64,000 nucleotides of DNA from assembly GCA_040285825.1 (NCBI GenBank), contig JAUPSS010000003.1, positions 992,001 to 1,056,000 of the forward strand. The letters are read 5' to 3'. The notes below the pieces were generated by a model. That model saw nothing but the letters and a program-made list of their open reading frames with translations. It was not told the origin of the DNA and did not search any database. Positions 29,076 to 41,086 of this stretch are shown one piece after another. Source of the stretch: Eukaryota sp. TZLM1-RC (lineage: Eukaryota; Protista; Metamonada: BaSk clade). A program made the translations under genes and the position numbers. Within the stretch, counting starts at the first letter, position 1. Each line of letters begins with the position of its first letter.

Positions 29076-31718
29076 CTATACCAATAAACTGCTCAAGTCA
29101 TTCAAGCTTCCCAATTGAGCACAAGATATAGCAGTAGAAAATTCAACTGAATTGGAGGAAACCACATCCCGAAAATCGATAATACTTCTCAAACGAGCCA
29201 TCACGAAAGAAAATTGATTAGACGAAAGTAATGATGCCAGGCTCTCCAAGACTATTTGTTGAAACTCGATATCACTTTTTGGCAGAAGAATCGCAAGAAC
29301 ATCCAGTAACAAATCAAAGGGCAACTCTGAAAGTAAATTCAAATCAGCCGTATCTTTCTGATGTTTCGAATGAATGAAACAAGAGAAAAACAAAACAACA
29401 TGATCAGAAACAAGTCCTGAATCAACTAAACTCGAGGTTAAGTAGACAACATCAGATTGAGTGAAATCTTTGATGAAGGGAAAAAGACAAATGTAGAGAG
29501 AAATGTCAAATTTAAATATATTTGGATGAGGAAAATTAGACGATATTGAGTGGATTAGAGTGACAGTAAACTCTGATGACAAGACAGATTCAAATATTTT
29601 AAACACATCAGACATCAACAGTGAAGAATCTATTTGGTGAAGTTTAAACAATTTAGCAAGAGGAGTATCTAGCGATTCTATATCAAGATTTGAATTAGAA
29701 CACAAGGAAAATAAAAATCCAATACCAGGAGAATAATTGGATTTTTCAAAAACAGGTGATAACTCTTTTAAAAACAATTGTGAAACAAAGGATTTCTTGA
29801 TTGGCGTAACATTTGAATAAAAATTAGCAAACTTATTAAATAATTGCTGGTTAAATTTGGAATCTTGGAAGAAGGGTATAAGGAAATCTGAACCTGAGTT
29901 ATTGTTAATTGAGAGGAAAAACATTGAAATTAAATGATCAGTAGAGAGTTGTTCAAAATTGTCAACATTAATTAAATTGAGTGTAAGGTCTTTGGGTAAA
30001 TCACTCACAAAAAGAATGCTCTGATAAAGATGATCAAATTGAGAATTATGCAAAAAATAGTTTAAAACAAACTTGGTTTGGTCATTAAATTTAAAACAAA
30101 AATAATTCATTGTGGAAAACAGGCTATTGCACAAAGAAGTGATAATTTCTGCAAGAAATACTGAATTATGGACCCTAATTTCAGGGTAATTTACAATAAA
30201 GTGGTAAATAAATTCAAATAAATTAAGTTGTTCTAGTTTTTGATTCAAAAGTTCCATTAAAATCAATGAAAAGGATAATTGTTGGGTTTCATCAAGGTAA
30301 TTAGAATTTAAATATTTACAAATTATTGTAGTTACCTTTGTAGAAAACTCTTCAAAATCCTGCAAAGAATCATCCTTTGAAAATTTCAACAAGACGTCCA
30401 AGAATTTCAATATAGGAACAGAAAATATTTCAAAAGTGTCAAACTCCCCTAAATTTTTGTCAAAAAAGTCACAAACCTGGGAGAAGAGCTCACTCCGTTC
30501 ATTATTAAACAACAAATACAAGCTTTCAGGAATTTCAACAGACAATCCCGTGGCTAAAAGAGGTGAAACAGCAGATAAATTAGGCTTAACTAACAGAAAC
30601 AAGCCAAATCTCAAGCATAGGCCATAGCAAGCCATCAAGTTATGGTGATCAATTGGATGGATAGTGTCAAAATTGACTAGATTAAATAAAAAACTATTTG
30701 GAATGGAGAAAAAAGCCACAAAAGAAGGAGATAATAGAAAGAAAGAATTTGGCAGTAAATTGCCTGCATCAACGAGTTGAGATGACGTCATTTGATTGGA
30801 GATTTGATTGACAGAGGCAAGGTACAATTCCTTAATGGTATTTACCTGACCACATTTAGAAAGAGAAATGCATGTGATAAGAGGTTCACAATCATTGGAA
30901 CAAGTAATCAAAGACACGTGATCTAGGTCAGAATTACCTTGACCAAGAGTCAATAAAGAGGTCAGCTCCTTGACTTTCTTTGATAAAACGTTTAAAATAC
31001 ATAAAGAATGATCAAAGCTTTGCCAGCAAACACTAAGCTCAGAATTTGAAATTATAGATTTAAAAGGACTTATTTTGTACAATAAAACAGATTCCGATAT
31101 ACCGACATAACCAGAGAAAAAAAGAGAACCGCCAATCAATTTGATTGAAATTTCCTTGAAGAAAGAGTCAAAAACTCCCTTCGTGACCGAACCCACTTTC
31201 TTTACCAATGGACAAAGACGTAAAACCAAGAAAGCATTCAATGGGGTGAGAGCTTCAAAGTTTGACTCATCCTTGCTGTAAAAGGTAACTAATCCATTGG
31301 AGTAAGAAACCACTGCGCATTCAGGAAGCCAATGGTCAGAGGGAGGGCAGATGTGAGTGACAAAGACGGCACGTATCTCAGGGTCAGCAGTAACAGGGGG
31401 CGTGAGGACAGCAGAGTAAGGAATAGAAGAAGAGGAAAGTGAGTCGATATTCCAGTAGCAAAGGCATTGTTCAGAAGTGATAACCACTAATGTTTTACCA
31501 TCAGAAAATGCAGATATTTGGGAAATTGGTGTCGGTGTTTTGAAGGTGAGGGAAGGGGTGAGAAAAGAATCAGCAGAATATAAGGATACGGTTTGATCTT
31601 CAAAAGCAACAAAAACTAAATCATCATTGCAAGAACAACAACAGACAGGACGTGATGAAGTAGTGGGGGAGATCTCGTAGCTACTGTGTGTTGTCAGAGT
31701 AAAGTCTTGCATCATCAT
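29076..31718 (-). CDS. Hypothetical protein (possible N-terminal beta-propeller, helical C-terminus)
   Basis: 880-aa uninterrupted ORF; family not recognised. Confidence 0.8.
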   Translation of the reverse strand: MMMQDFTLTTHSSYEISPTTSSRPVCCCSCNDDLVFVAFEDQTVSLYSADSFLTPSLTFKTPTPISQISAFSDGKTLVVITSEQCLCYWNIDSLSSSSIPYSAVLTPPVTADPEIRAVFVTHICPPSDHWLPECAVVSYSNGLVTFYSKDESNFEALTPLNAFLVLRLCPLVKKVGSVTKGVFDSFFKEISIKLIGGSLFFSGYVGISESVLLYKISPFKSIISNSELSVCWQSFDHSLCILNVLSKKVKELTSLLTLGQGNSDLDHVSLITCSNDCEPLITCISLSKCGQVNTIKELYLASVNQISNQMTSSQLVDAGNLLPNSFFLLSPSFVAFFSIPNSFLFNLVNFDTIHPIDHHNLMACYGLCLRFGLFLLVKPNLSAVSPLLATGLSVEIPESLYLLFNNERSELFSQVCDFFDKNLGEFDTFEIFSVPILKFLDVLLKFSKDDSLQDFEEFSTKVTTIICKYLNSNYLDETQQLSFSLILMELLNQKLEQLNLFEFIYHFIVNYPEIRVHNSVFLAEIITSLCNSLFSTMNYFCFKFNDQTKFVLNYFLHNSQFDHLYQSILFVSDLPKDLTLNLINVDNFEQLSTDHLISMFFLSINNNSGSDFLIPFFQDSKFNQQLFNKFANFYSNVTPIKKSFVSQLFLKELSPVFEKSNYSPGIGFLFSLCSNSNLDIESLDTPLAKLFKLHQIDSSLLMSDVFKIFESVLSSEFTVTLIHSISSNFPHPNIFKFDISLYICLFPFIKDFTQSDVVYLTSSLVDSGLVSDHVVLFFSCFIHSKHQKDTADLNLLSELPFDLLLDVLAILLPKSDIEFQQIVLESLASLLSSNQFSFVMARLRSIIDFRDVVSSNSVEFSTAISCAQLGSLNDLSSLLV

Positions 31719-31719
31719 T

Positions 31720-31800
31720 ATATCCTTTTTGCCCTGGATAGAGGATTTGAGTTTTTGTGAAGTGGAAGATTTTCTCCTTGAAACCTCTTTCTTTGAACCT
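31720..31800 (-). repeat. Copy of the dispersed H2C2-like remnant
   Basis: aagattttctccttga...ctttga shared with 16560-16632. Confidence 0.55.
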
Positions 31801-32001
31801 TCATCAATCTTGACTCTTTGAGGTAAACTGGTCTATCTTCACCAGTGGGATATCTTCATCATTTCCATATTTCTCCATCTGTTTGTTTGTGATCACGTTC
31901 TTCTTTGAAAGTGGCCAACCCATCAACATCATCAGATGAACACAATAATTGAAGTTGAGCGGTAAAATATCTAATACTGCTGATTGACAGAAATAAATTA
32001 T

Positions 32002-33885
32002 TTATTTACATTGCTTACATTTCTTTGCCTCAACAACTAAAGATTTCGAATCTATATTAAAATAAGAATGCAACGATTGCCTCTGTTCTGAATAAACTTT
32101 GATCCACTTCTTTTGCCTTTCTCCAAGAACCAATTGTCCAGTGGAGATCATCATTTCGTGAATTAAACGGCCGAGGACAGAGGAGCTTTTGGAAAGTGCC
32201 GGAGACGAATTACATTCTATTAAAAAAACATTAAACAGCTGGTCAATCATAAAATCAAAACCAAACACTTCAAAAACTTTACCTTTTCCCTGCAATTGTT
32301 CAGATGCCGGCAAAATCGTGGCCTTGACAATTTCCTTCATTCTACTCTGAAATTTCTCTACAAGACCCTCTTCACCAGCAAAGTACTCACTAAGCTGATC
32401 CATAGACCAAATAAGATCCTCTGAATCACACATATTACTTGATCCTTGGACTGCAAAGTTGGTTAGGTGGACTAAATTATCTAAATGAAGGTGATCATAA
32501 TCAACACCACAGAGGCGAACATAAAATTCCCCAAACAAATAAATACTGAAAACAGGGTTATTAACGACTAGAACCCACTGACGAATATCAAACTTCTTTC
32601 TATTAATCAACAGAGGCCTTTCCAAATACTTTTGGACTATCCACGAGTCACAACTTCCCTCAATCACCTTCGTCATCTCTTCTAATTCCCTGACAACTTG
32701 AATCCCTCTCCCCCTGGACTTCCCCCCTGGTTTAAGGATGTAGAGAGACTGAGTTGAGATGATTGAGAGTTGAGGGAAGGAAAAGGATAGTCTCTTGAGG
32801 AGGGAATTGACAGTGGAAATGGTGACTTGGTGTTGAGATTGGATAGAAGATTGTGTAAAACAAATAGCATTTGGCTCTGACAAATTCAGAGATTTTAAAA
32901 AACTATCCATTGAAAACTTTCCTTCAAACAAAACGTCCACGTCATGCTGACTCAGCACTTCTAAAGGGAAGGTTGAGTGGGATTCCAATTCAAGAAAATC
33001 ACAATAGCTGGAAATAAAAGCAAAGGCTGTTGAAAGCATAGAATCACACACACTCTCAGAATCCAAAACAAAGGAATTTAAAATTGAGACAGCACGACTT
33101 GACACAAAATCAATAAGAAAAGCATCCACGTCAGCAGGTTCTTTTAAATTAAAGCAGGCTGGAAAGAAATAGCTGCAATGAGATCCAAACCAAAAACTAG
33201 ATTTGAGAGTGTTAATCAGTTCTAGTTTAGTTGTAATGGAGAAGGTATTTGGAAAGTGATTCAAGATTTGCCCATCAACCACAGAGTTAAAGTCGATATC
33301 AATTCTTCTTCCAGTGAAGACAAGATTGGCAGATGATTGATTTTTTGCAGCAATCCATCCAGCAGAGAGAAGGAAAGAGATAAGGTCTGAGTAGTAAGAA
33401 GAGGGATGGACGTAGAAGGACTTCGGTGGAGAATCGGGAGAAGATTTAATGGACGTAAGGAGAGTTGTTTTGGGCTTGCTACGTTTTTTATTAAAAGTTG
33501 ATTGAATAGGGTTTGGTTGTAGAGCTGGTTTAGAGTGGTTTGACCTATCCTTAGCATTTTTTAAACGTGCCTTTTGAAAAAAATGACGACTTGAGGAAAC
33601 ATCATCATGAGCTGAAAGGGCAACACATGTAACCTGTTCAGAACGACGTTGACGAAGAAGGCGACGCTGATAACCCTTTTGAGCAAGTAAGGTGGTTGTT
33701 TGTGCACGTTTGAGATCAATGAGTTTTTGACGTTGAGAGGAACGTTGAGCTTCTGCCTCAGATTGTTGCTTACGATTTAGCTGAAACTGACGTAAAAGGG
33801 AAATATTGCGAGTTATAGCTGATGAAGCCAGTGCAGGTGGCGCTGAGTTCCGTCCACCTTCGAGAAGGGTGTCATTTGAGCTCAT
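32002..33885 (-). CDS. TTLL3: Tubulin-tyrosine-ligase-like protein, glycylase (TTLL3/8) type
   Basis: NHF...ITTK..L, ILKPGGKSRGRGI, WIVQKYLERPLLI..KKFDIRQWVLV, HLTN, GFDFMID, LIECNSSP. Confidence 0.85.
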   Translation of the reverse strand: MSSNDTLLEGGRNSAPPALASSAITRNISLLRQFQLNRKQQSEAEAQRSSQRQKLIDLKRAQTTTLLAQKGYQRRLLRQRRSEQVTCVALSAHDDVSSSRHFFQKARLKNAKDRSNHSKPALQPNPIQSTFNKKRSKPKTTLLTSIKSSPDSPPKSFYVHPSSYYSDLISFLLSAGWIAAKNQSSANLVFTGRRIDIDFNSVVDGQILNHFPNTFSITTKLELINTLKSSFWFGSHCSYFFPACFNLKEPADVDAFLIDFVSSRAVSILNSFVLDSESVCDSMLSTAFAFISSYCDFLELESHSTFPLEVLSQHDVDVLFEGKFSMDSFLKSLNLSEPNAICFTQSSIQSQHQVTISTVNSLLKRLSFSFPQLSIISTQSLYILKPGGKSRGRGIQVVRELEEMTKVIEGSCDSWIVQKYLERPLLINRKKFDIRQWVLVVNNPVFSIYLFGEFYVRLCGVDYDHLHLDNLVHLTNFAVQGSSNMCDSEDLIWSMDQLSEYFAGEEGLVEKFQSRMKEIVKATILPASEQLQGKGKVFEVFGFDFMIDQLFNVFLIECNSSPALSKSSSVLGRLIHEMMISTGQLVLGERQKKWIKVYSEQRQSLHSYFNIDSKSLVVEAKKCKQCK

Positions 33886-33973
33886 TGGTGAACATTGACA
33901 ATTATATTAGATGTAAAAATATCAAAATATTGTTGTTATTAAAGGTTGATTTGTCACGAATCAACCTTTCAAA

Positions 33974-34070
33974 CAATGTTAGAATTCCGAACGCTCGGCC
34001 GAACGTACGCCAAACTAGTTTAGTTCGGCCAAACTAGTTTTTGTTCATTTACACGTGTCAACACAGTTTT
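33974..34070 (+). mobile_element. Putative DNA-transposon terminus (hAT-like CARTGTT end, ccgaac subterminal repeats)
   Basis: caatgttagaattccgaac...actagtttttgttcatt also occurs at 42262-42321 on the minus strand. Confidence 0.5.
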
Positions 34071-34439
34071 GATTTTGAAGATGATTTCCCAAATCCCTCT
34101 TTCAACTACTACAATAGATTTCATTGTTTAAAAATCTGTATTCATACATAAATCCCCTTCTTTACATCAACTTTCTTCAATGCCAAAGCACCCTGTTTAC
34201 AAACTTCAGCTCAATATGCCTTATGTACTCAATTATCCACCATTTCTGTCAAGGATATAAACACTGTCCTAGGTTAATGACCTAGAATTAGATGTTGTAG
34301 AACTTTCTGAATACAAGTTTACTTTGTTGGTTGATAGTGAGTATAATAGTATAAGGAAGGAGGAGATAAACAGCGTTTTGATATTAATGAATCAAAACGA
34401 GATGCCGAACTCAAATCAAAATGAAATCTATTTACTACT

Positions 34440-35935
34440 TCTGATTCTGTTCGATTCTGTTGTCCCTTTTACTAATTATAGTAGTGATGCTTTTAAGTTC
34501 CTTGGTTGTTGGTTAGGAAATGTGCCTCAAATTCAGAATGAATCACAAGTGATTTTGGAGAAAATGAAAATTGAACTTGATTGAATTTCTTCTTTAGATT
34601 TAGAAAAACATATTAAATTTTTCATGCTTAAAATTTGCTATATGGGAAAATAACCCACATTTTGAGATTTTGTGCTCCTTCTACAGCATTAGATTTTGTC
34701 GTTCCTTTAATTCATTGAGAACAGAATTTTTTGCTGTTTCATCGGACGTAGAACCAGGAATGTTGAAAAAATCACTTATTTTTGGCAGCAAATTTTGCTG
34801 GTATTGTATTTACAAAATCTTCTATTTTGTGTCAATCAGCATTTTTGGTTGGATGCAAGAATTTGATTTATGAATTTTCTCGTATATTTCCTGATGATTC
34901 TCATCTGTTAGTTCCCATTTGTAGTCCATATTTGAATGAGTTATCTTGTGAACTTGATAGATTGCCACCACAAATTTGGACCAAATGTTTTCCCCAATCA
35001 AATCAAGAAATTCCAAACCGATCTCTTTTTAATTTGCAGTTTTGCTGTGAAAAGCTTCAATAAAAATTGTCAAAGATTTTTGAAAGCTCGGATTTTGATG
35101 TTAGACTTGGCTTGGCCAAGAAATAGAATCCCGCTTTTGCAAATCTTTTACAAGACATATGTGATAGTACTTCTTCTGCCTAAGTAAGAACAATTCCTCA
35201 TGTTTATGGTACTCTATTAACTGATTCTGCCTGGACTTTGAATATAAGATTTCGTTCCTTTATCTGGCCTGATAATTTACCTCATAATTTAATTTGTAAA
35301 TGTTTTCGGAAAATTACAATTACTCATTTGTTAAATTGTAAACATTTTATTACTTTTAGAAGCAAGGTTCACGAAGCCAATTATAATGTATTTGAAAGTC
35401 TCATAGATTTGAATCCTTTTTGGAACCTCTGTTGTCAAATCTGTTTGATACTGAAGATGATTTTCATAAGAATAATAGAGGTGATGTAATATTACCTGAA
35501 TTAGATGGAAGCTTCATTTTAATGGATGTAATGTCTGTTGATCCTTGTAATGCCTTAAATGAAAGGCTTGTTAATTCTAAAATTCTCAATCCTCTTTCAA
35601 ATGCTGAAAATTTCAAAATCAAAAAATACAATGATCCTTTGTCCAAATTGGCCAGTCAACAGCATGCAAAATACAATTTGTATCCATTTGTATTTTCTCC
35701 TTTTGGTTCACTTGCTCCAACGGCTATACGTTTTTCGGCAGATTTTGAATTGATTGTAAAGAGAAGAACTAACAGAAATTTCAACAGATTGTTTTGGCAA
35801 AATAGAATTGTGTTTTCGATTTCCAAGGAGATGTTGAAAATGGTTTCTGATGCTTTGCTTTCTCTTGGATCTCACCATGAGAAAGTTGCAGCTAGTGTTT
35901 TTGTTTTGGGAGAGATGGCTTATTTAGATCAAGAA
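34440..35935 (+). mobile_element. Degenerate non-LTR family B copy
   Basis: FKFLGCWLG...EKHIKFFMLKICY...RLE motifs with stops and frameshifts. Confidence 0.9.
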
Positions 35936-36039
35936 ATACATCCGTCAAAATTCAGTGAATTTGCCTTCGTTTTCGAAATTTTTGAATCAATTATGTAAGG
36001 GAAAATATGCTATCAATATCTCTGGGAATGTTTTGGTTC

Positions 36040-37262
36040 TTTTTGTGCTCCTTTTGAACACATTTTCGTTGGAAATTCTGTAGATTTAACTAATAATGCA
36101 CCAAGAAAAAAGCCATCTGAGAAATTGAGCAAAATTTTTGAAGATAAGTGCTTTGATAACAAGTGGTCTAGTGCTTTGTCTACTTTAAATCCAGGAGTCA
36201 AAGCTCAAATAATCAACAAACTGTAGATAAACTTCAGATCCTACCCCTTTTGAAAATTGAATAATGGATCAAAATTATTATGGAGATTATTGGGAAAGTC
36301 ATCCATTAATGACAACAGAGGTATTTACAGTAATCAAAAAGTGACCACACGGAAAGTCTGCAGGACTTTCTGGCCATTTTATTGATCATATCAAAGCTGC
36401 GATTATTCTTTAGAAGATTGTCTAATTTTATTAACAAAAATTATTTAATAGAATTTTATCTGGTCAACTCAAATATCCTGAAGAATTACAATGTTCACGT
36501 TTGACTGCACTTGTAAAGAACTCAAAAATGGATGTTCGTCCAATTGCAGTCTCTGAAACTTTACACAAAATTATTTCTGCTTGCTGTTTAAATAGATTCA
36601 ATGAAAAAGCAAAAAAATTGTTACCATTCCAATATGGAATCAATACCACTGAAGAAGTTGCTTCAGCAGTATTTGCTACAGATGTTCTATTTCATCAAAA
36701 TGAATCCAATGTTTGTATGTTGTTGGATTTTAGCAATTCAATCAGTCGTTGCAGTATTCATGGAGTCTTGTTACAATATTTGCCAGAATCAATGCCTTAT
36801 TTTCAAACAACTTATTTCACTAATTCTGATTGCATTTTGGTGATTCTATTTTGAAATCATCAAGTGGTGTTAAGCAAGGAGATCCCTTAAAACCTCTTTT
36901 GTTTTGCTTGGTCATTCATCCTATTCTATTTCTAATTCAAGAGAGGTTTCCTTCGCTAAAAATGATTGCATATATGGATGATGTTGTTCTTATAGGTGGA
37001 TGCAGAAATGCAATATTTGAGTTTTCTGAAAAATTTGCCGATTGGGAAGATTCATTAATTACAACGCAAAGTTCCACTGTTTTTGCATTAAATGACGAAA
37101 TTTTAAAAAATGATGTAGAAAAATGGAGTCCATGCTTTCCCCAATCATTTAATGGCAATATTCCTGAAAAGAATTTTTTAAATTTGAAATTCTCCCTTCG
37201 AACATTACAGAAACGATTGACTGGAATGTATGAAAATGATCTTTACCATAATATATGCAGCA
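36040..37262 (+). mobile_element. Degenerate non-LTR family A copy with an internal deletion
   Basis: Colinear with 4758-6520, but YMDDVVLIG is fused directly to GGCRNAIFEF. Confidence 0.9.
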
Positions 37263-37370
37263 CGACCTCACCTAAAATATGTGCTTGAAGTGCACAATCA
37301 ATTAATTTGTTAATTTACCTTTCATTCACCTTTCCAGCTATATCATAACCTTCTTGAATGGCCCATTCCT

Positions 37371-39656
37371 ATGAACAATGAGACCGATCTTGTTTCTGAA
37401 ATCAACCTCTTACATATGGAGCCCCTTGATGTAGATTTCGGTGGTTCTTCTTCTACACGAAATCATCAGATCTCACCACTACCACTGTCTCGACTACACT
37501 CTCCTGTTAAGGCCATGCGATCCTCCAGTCATTCGGTCAAATCCCCATTGCCAAATGCTGTGGAATTGCCCATATATTCCCCTATTGGTTCACATACACG
37601 TCCTCTAACAGGTAATGGTTCCTGTCCCGGTCCCATATTCACATCCAGTTTCCAACCTGCTACTTTTTTCCCCGAAGCCATTGGCCAACTACCTGTTTCC
37701 CCTCGCTCCTCCTTCTCTTTAGTTAAGGAAGGACCATCTCCACCATCTCCCCCATCTTCATCTCCCCCTTTCTCACCCGTCCAACTCAGTAGAAAAGGCC
37801 CAGTAGACTCTAGCTCTCCTATCTCTAGGCTCAAGTACAAGGACTTTGTAACTCAACTCAAACAACTATCTTCGCTTCCTCTTTCACACTGTCTTTCTGA
37901 AGGTGAGTCCATGGTGACCGATCTCCCCACCAAAGTCCAATGGAAGGCCTACCTTGAGCTAGGAGAAGTGGCCAGAAGGAAGGGTGACCAAGCTTCTGCT
38001 GCTCAGTTTATTGCAATGGCGTGCAGGCTCAACCCTCAAACGCCTCAGCCGTGGTTGGAATTGTGCAGGTTGTATGAAGACTTTGGGGATTATGAGAATG
38101 GTATAATGGTTCTCAATCGGTCTTTATCAAAGGATTGTTGTGGATATTGTGAACCCATAGTTTTGAAGCTAATTAAGTTGAACGAACGGTTTCAGAACTT
38201 TGATCAGGTTAGATTACTTCTTTCTATGCTTAGGAATGAGAGTCCTGGAAAGTCTTGGAGGATTTTGAGCGAGGGAGCCCAATTTGAAGCAAGAAGGGGA
38301 AACATTGGTGTTTGTCGGGCAGTTTTAAAGTTTTTGATCAAGAATGTCCCTCAGCAGGGACCACTCTATCTTGATGCGTTAAGGATTGAACTTCGTCACG
38401 GGCAACTATCACGTATGGTTGATTTGCTGGTGTCCGGTTTAAAACAACTTCCTAGATATGGACCCTTGTGGTTTCAAGCACTTCGAAATGCGGAATTTAT
38501 TTACAATTTCTCTGTGTTTCAGTCCTTTTTAAACTTGGTCAATGGTAGTCTTTCTGAAGTAGTTTTAAAAATTGTTGAATTAGCCAAGATTTCTATTTGT
38601 CCTGAATTAACATGGAAGTTGCTATGTGAGGCAGCTCAGCTCCTTTCACTGCTTGACTGTCCCTCCGATGCAAGATCTCTTCTCGCCCAGGCTGCCTCTT
38701 GCTGCTCTCCCTCTCTACTCTGGAAGGTATGGCATGTGGGTGCCAGGGTTGAGGCTCGGCTTGGTAGAAAAGATTCGGCTGTTTTGCTAATGGAAAGAGC
38801 GCTCAATGAGTCCCCCGCAAGATCCACCACTTCCTTAGTTTTGGACTTGTGTAAAGTTTACGAGTTATTTGGGGAGTATTCAGAATGTGAAAAGTTTTTC
38901 AATGATGATAAACTACTTGAACGAGACTGGAAGATCTCTCTTGACGCAGTTATGTTTCTATTACGGGTAGGCAAGACCTTGGCTGCCTCTCAGCTTGTTG
39001 AATCTTGCCTTTCTCTTCACCCAACTACTGGACGGCTCTGGGCTCTTTACATGCAGCTAAACTTCCATTTGGGAGGCAAGAAGCAGCTTGAGATCTTCTA
39101 CCGTGGAAGGGAAATCGTTCCAAAGAGTGGAGAACTGTGGTGTGATGCAGCGAGGGTGCGTCTCGGCCCCTTGTCTAGCAGGTTTTCTTTATCGTTGGCT
39201 AAAAAGTATTTGATGGTTGCTGCTGAATTTACTCCTCAATACGGAGACACTTTTATTGAGCTGATTAGACTTCGGCTACTGCGAAGGGGTCTTGGAGCGG
39301 ATACTGAAGATATAGAGAAGCTGTGTGTTTCTGCAGATCCTAATTATGGTTTGCTATGGGAGTTTGTAAGAGAAAGTCCTTTAGAGCCTGTGCAATTTGT
39401 TTTCAAAAGAGCAAAAGCATTGATTATTCATGAATTAGTATCAAACTCCCAGCATTACCAACGTGCAATTGTCAATTCTCTATCCGCAACCAGACGTAAT
39501 CAAAATGATTGTGATTTAGGTTCAAATCATCAGTCAAGTAGAGTTATGGGAACAGGATTGGGGGTGTTCAATTCTTTTGTTATTGGGTTTTCTTTGAGGG
39601 TGGATAGTTTGGCAGCGAAATTCAAGGTAATATTTGGGGATTTTGTCTGTCCCTGA
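37371..39656 (+). CDS. TPR/HAT-repeat protein with Ser/Pro-rich N-terminus
   Basis: 761-aa ORF with repeated P..G.LW helical motifs (PRYGPLW, PTTGRLW, PKSGELW, PQYGD, DPNYGLLW), reminiscent of PRP6-like HAT repeats. Confidence 0.82.
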   Translation: MNNETDLVSEINLLHMEPLDVDFGGSSSTRNHQISPLPLSRLHSPVKAMRSSSHSVKSPLPNAVELPIYSPIGSHTRPLTGNGSCPGPIFTSSFQPATFFPEAIGQLPVSPRSSFSLVKEGPSPPSPPSSSPPFSPVQLSRKGPVDSSSPISRLKYKDFVTQLKQLSSLPLSHCLSEGESMVTDLPTKVQWKAYLELGEVARRKGDQASAAQFIAMACRLNPQTPQPWLELCRLYEDFGDYENGIMVLNRSLSKDCCGYCEPIVLKLIKLNERFQNFDQVRLLLSMLRNESPGKSWRILSEGAQFEARRGNIGVCRAVLKFLIKNVPQQGPLYLDALRIELRHGQLSRMVDLLVSGLKQLPRYGPLWFQALRNAEFIYNFSVFQSFLNLVNGSLSEVVLKIVELAKISICPELTWKLLCEAAQLLSLLDCPSDARSLLAQAASCCSPSLLWKVWHVGARVEARLGRKDSAVLLMERALNESPARSTTSLVLDLCKVYELFGEYSECEKFFNDDKLLERDWKISLDAVMFLLRVGKTLAASQLVESCLSLHPTTGRLWALYMQLNFHLGGKKQLEIFYRGREIVPKSGELWCDAARVRLGPLSSRFSLSLAKKYLMVAAEFTPQYGDTFIELIRLRLLRRGLGADTEDIEKLCVSADPNYGLLWEFVRESPLEPVQFVFKRAKALIIHELVSNSQHYQRAIVNSLSATRRNQNDCDLGSNHQSSRVMGTGLGVFNSFVIGFSLRVDSLAAKFKVIFGDFVCP

Positions 39657-40414
39657 TTGTAATTCATATCCAGACAGTTGTTCTATTTTTGTTTAATTTA
39701 TTTCATAAATGTATAGTTAGCTTTCAATAATTAACTATAATTATTAATTAAATTGAATTTGTTGTCTACACCTGACTTTGAAGGAAAATGGTCATAAATA
39801 TTAAACAATACTTTGGAAGACTCAACATTACTCACATCATAGGGATGAGTTTATTTAATCTCTTTCCAACACACAAGAGGTGGCCGAGTTTATCACCCTT
39901 TCCATCCAGGTGATTGGAGAAAGGTTAACAGAGACCACTAGAACTCTCTGGCATTTCTATAGTTGAAGTTAATGATTTTCAATGAATATTATTGATGCTG
40001 ATGTACTTTGAATCAGTGTTGGAAATTAAGCAGATGTTTCAACACTTTCATTCGGTGAAACACTAGATATACCAGGTGCACCAGATGTTTAACCAGGTGA
40101 AATTCAATTCCATCTCTTAATTGTTTTTCCATAAACCCTTGCTATTTTAGAAAGTTGCTAATGACTATGGCTGATGATGAACGATAGTATAACATGTATA
40201 ACAAATAATTTGTTCAATATAGATATTATGTTGGAAAGAATTTGTCACACTAGGAAGATTGAAGATGTGTGTTAAGTATCAACTACTGGGTGGTATCCAA
40301 TGGTTGAAAATTCAAACACTGCTTTTAATTTTCTTATTGAAATTCAATATCATTGATTTTGTCATGTATTCAAAGATTGATATGCTTCTGTTGGACTTAA
40401 CATTTTTATACACA

Positions 40415-41068
40415 CTATCTCGTCGTAAATTTCTTTTCCATAACTACAAACGTTGAATATTTTTCTCCTCCTAACCTAAAAAAAGCAGCATTCGAGTCTC
40501 TCTTTACTATTGAGTAACCATGCCTCATATACAGTTTAATTGCTGGATTTTGTTCGTAAGCTATTAAGACCATCCTGTCTGAATTTGCTGTGTGAATGGG
40601 ATATTTGCGGCTAAGAATCAATTCATTCACCCGATATAATAACATAGAACCTACACCGCATCCGGTCATGTCTCCTCTAACTGAGATCATGGACAATTCT
40701 GGTAATTCTCCTTTGGAATGGGACTTTGTTAGTCGTTCAAGAAGGAGGAGTCCCCTACAAACACAATACACTTGTTTTAAAGTCAATTTGAACAGTAGCC
40801 TGATCAATAAACTGATTAACATCAAGATGGACACATTGTGAGGACCAAGTAAGACGACCCCAATGACATGACCCCTGTCATCTGTTGCTACTAGCTTGGT
40901 ATCAGCGGGGAAAATACGATATCTATAGAGCAAATAGATAACATCTCGTGCCAGTTTAGGGGATTCTATGGTGTTAAAGAGTTTGTCTGAGAAACCATCT
41001 GCGAGACATTGCTGCACACCAAGTTCTTGATCTGTTGTCAACTGAGAAGAGGGTTCAAGGATTCTCAT
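40415..41068 (-). CDS. GNAT-family acetyltransferase
   Basis: LSMISVRGDMTGCGVGSMLL (motif A) and NPAIKLYMRHGY (motif B); first ATG at 41068. Confidence 0.8.
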   Translation of the reverse strand: MRILEPSSQLTTDQELGVQQCLADGFSDKLFNTIESPKLARDVIYLLYRYRIFPADTKLVATDDRGHVIGVVLLGPHNVSILMLISLLIRLLFKLTLKQVYCVCRGLLLLERLTKSHSKGELPELSMISVRGDMTGCGVGSMLLYRVNELILSRKYPIHTANSDRMVLIAYEQNPAIKLYMRHGYSIVKRDSNAAFFRLGGEKYSTFVVMEKKFTTR

Positions 41069-41086
41069 TGTAAACAGACAGGCAGA

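Noticed and set aside
39780-40400. Possible integrase-core relic
   Set aside because: Only a vague QG..E-like motif among stops; insufficient support.
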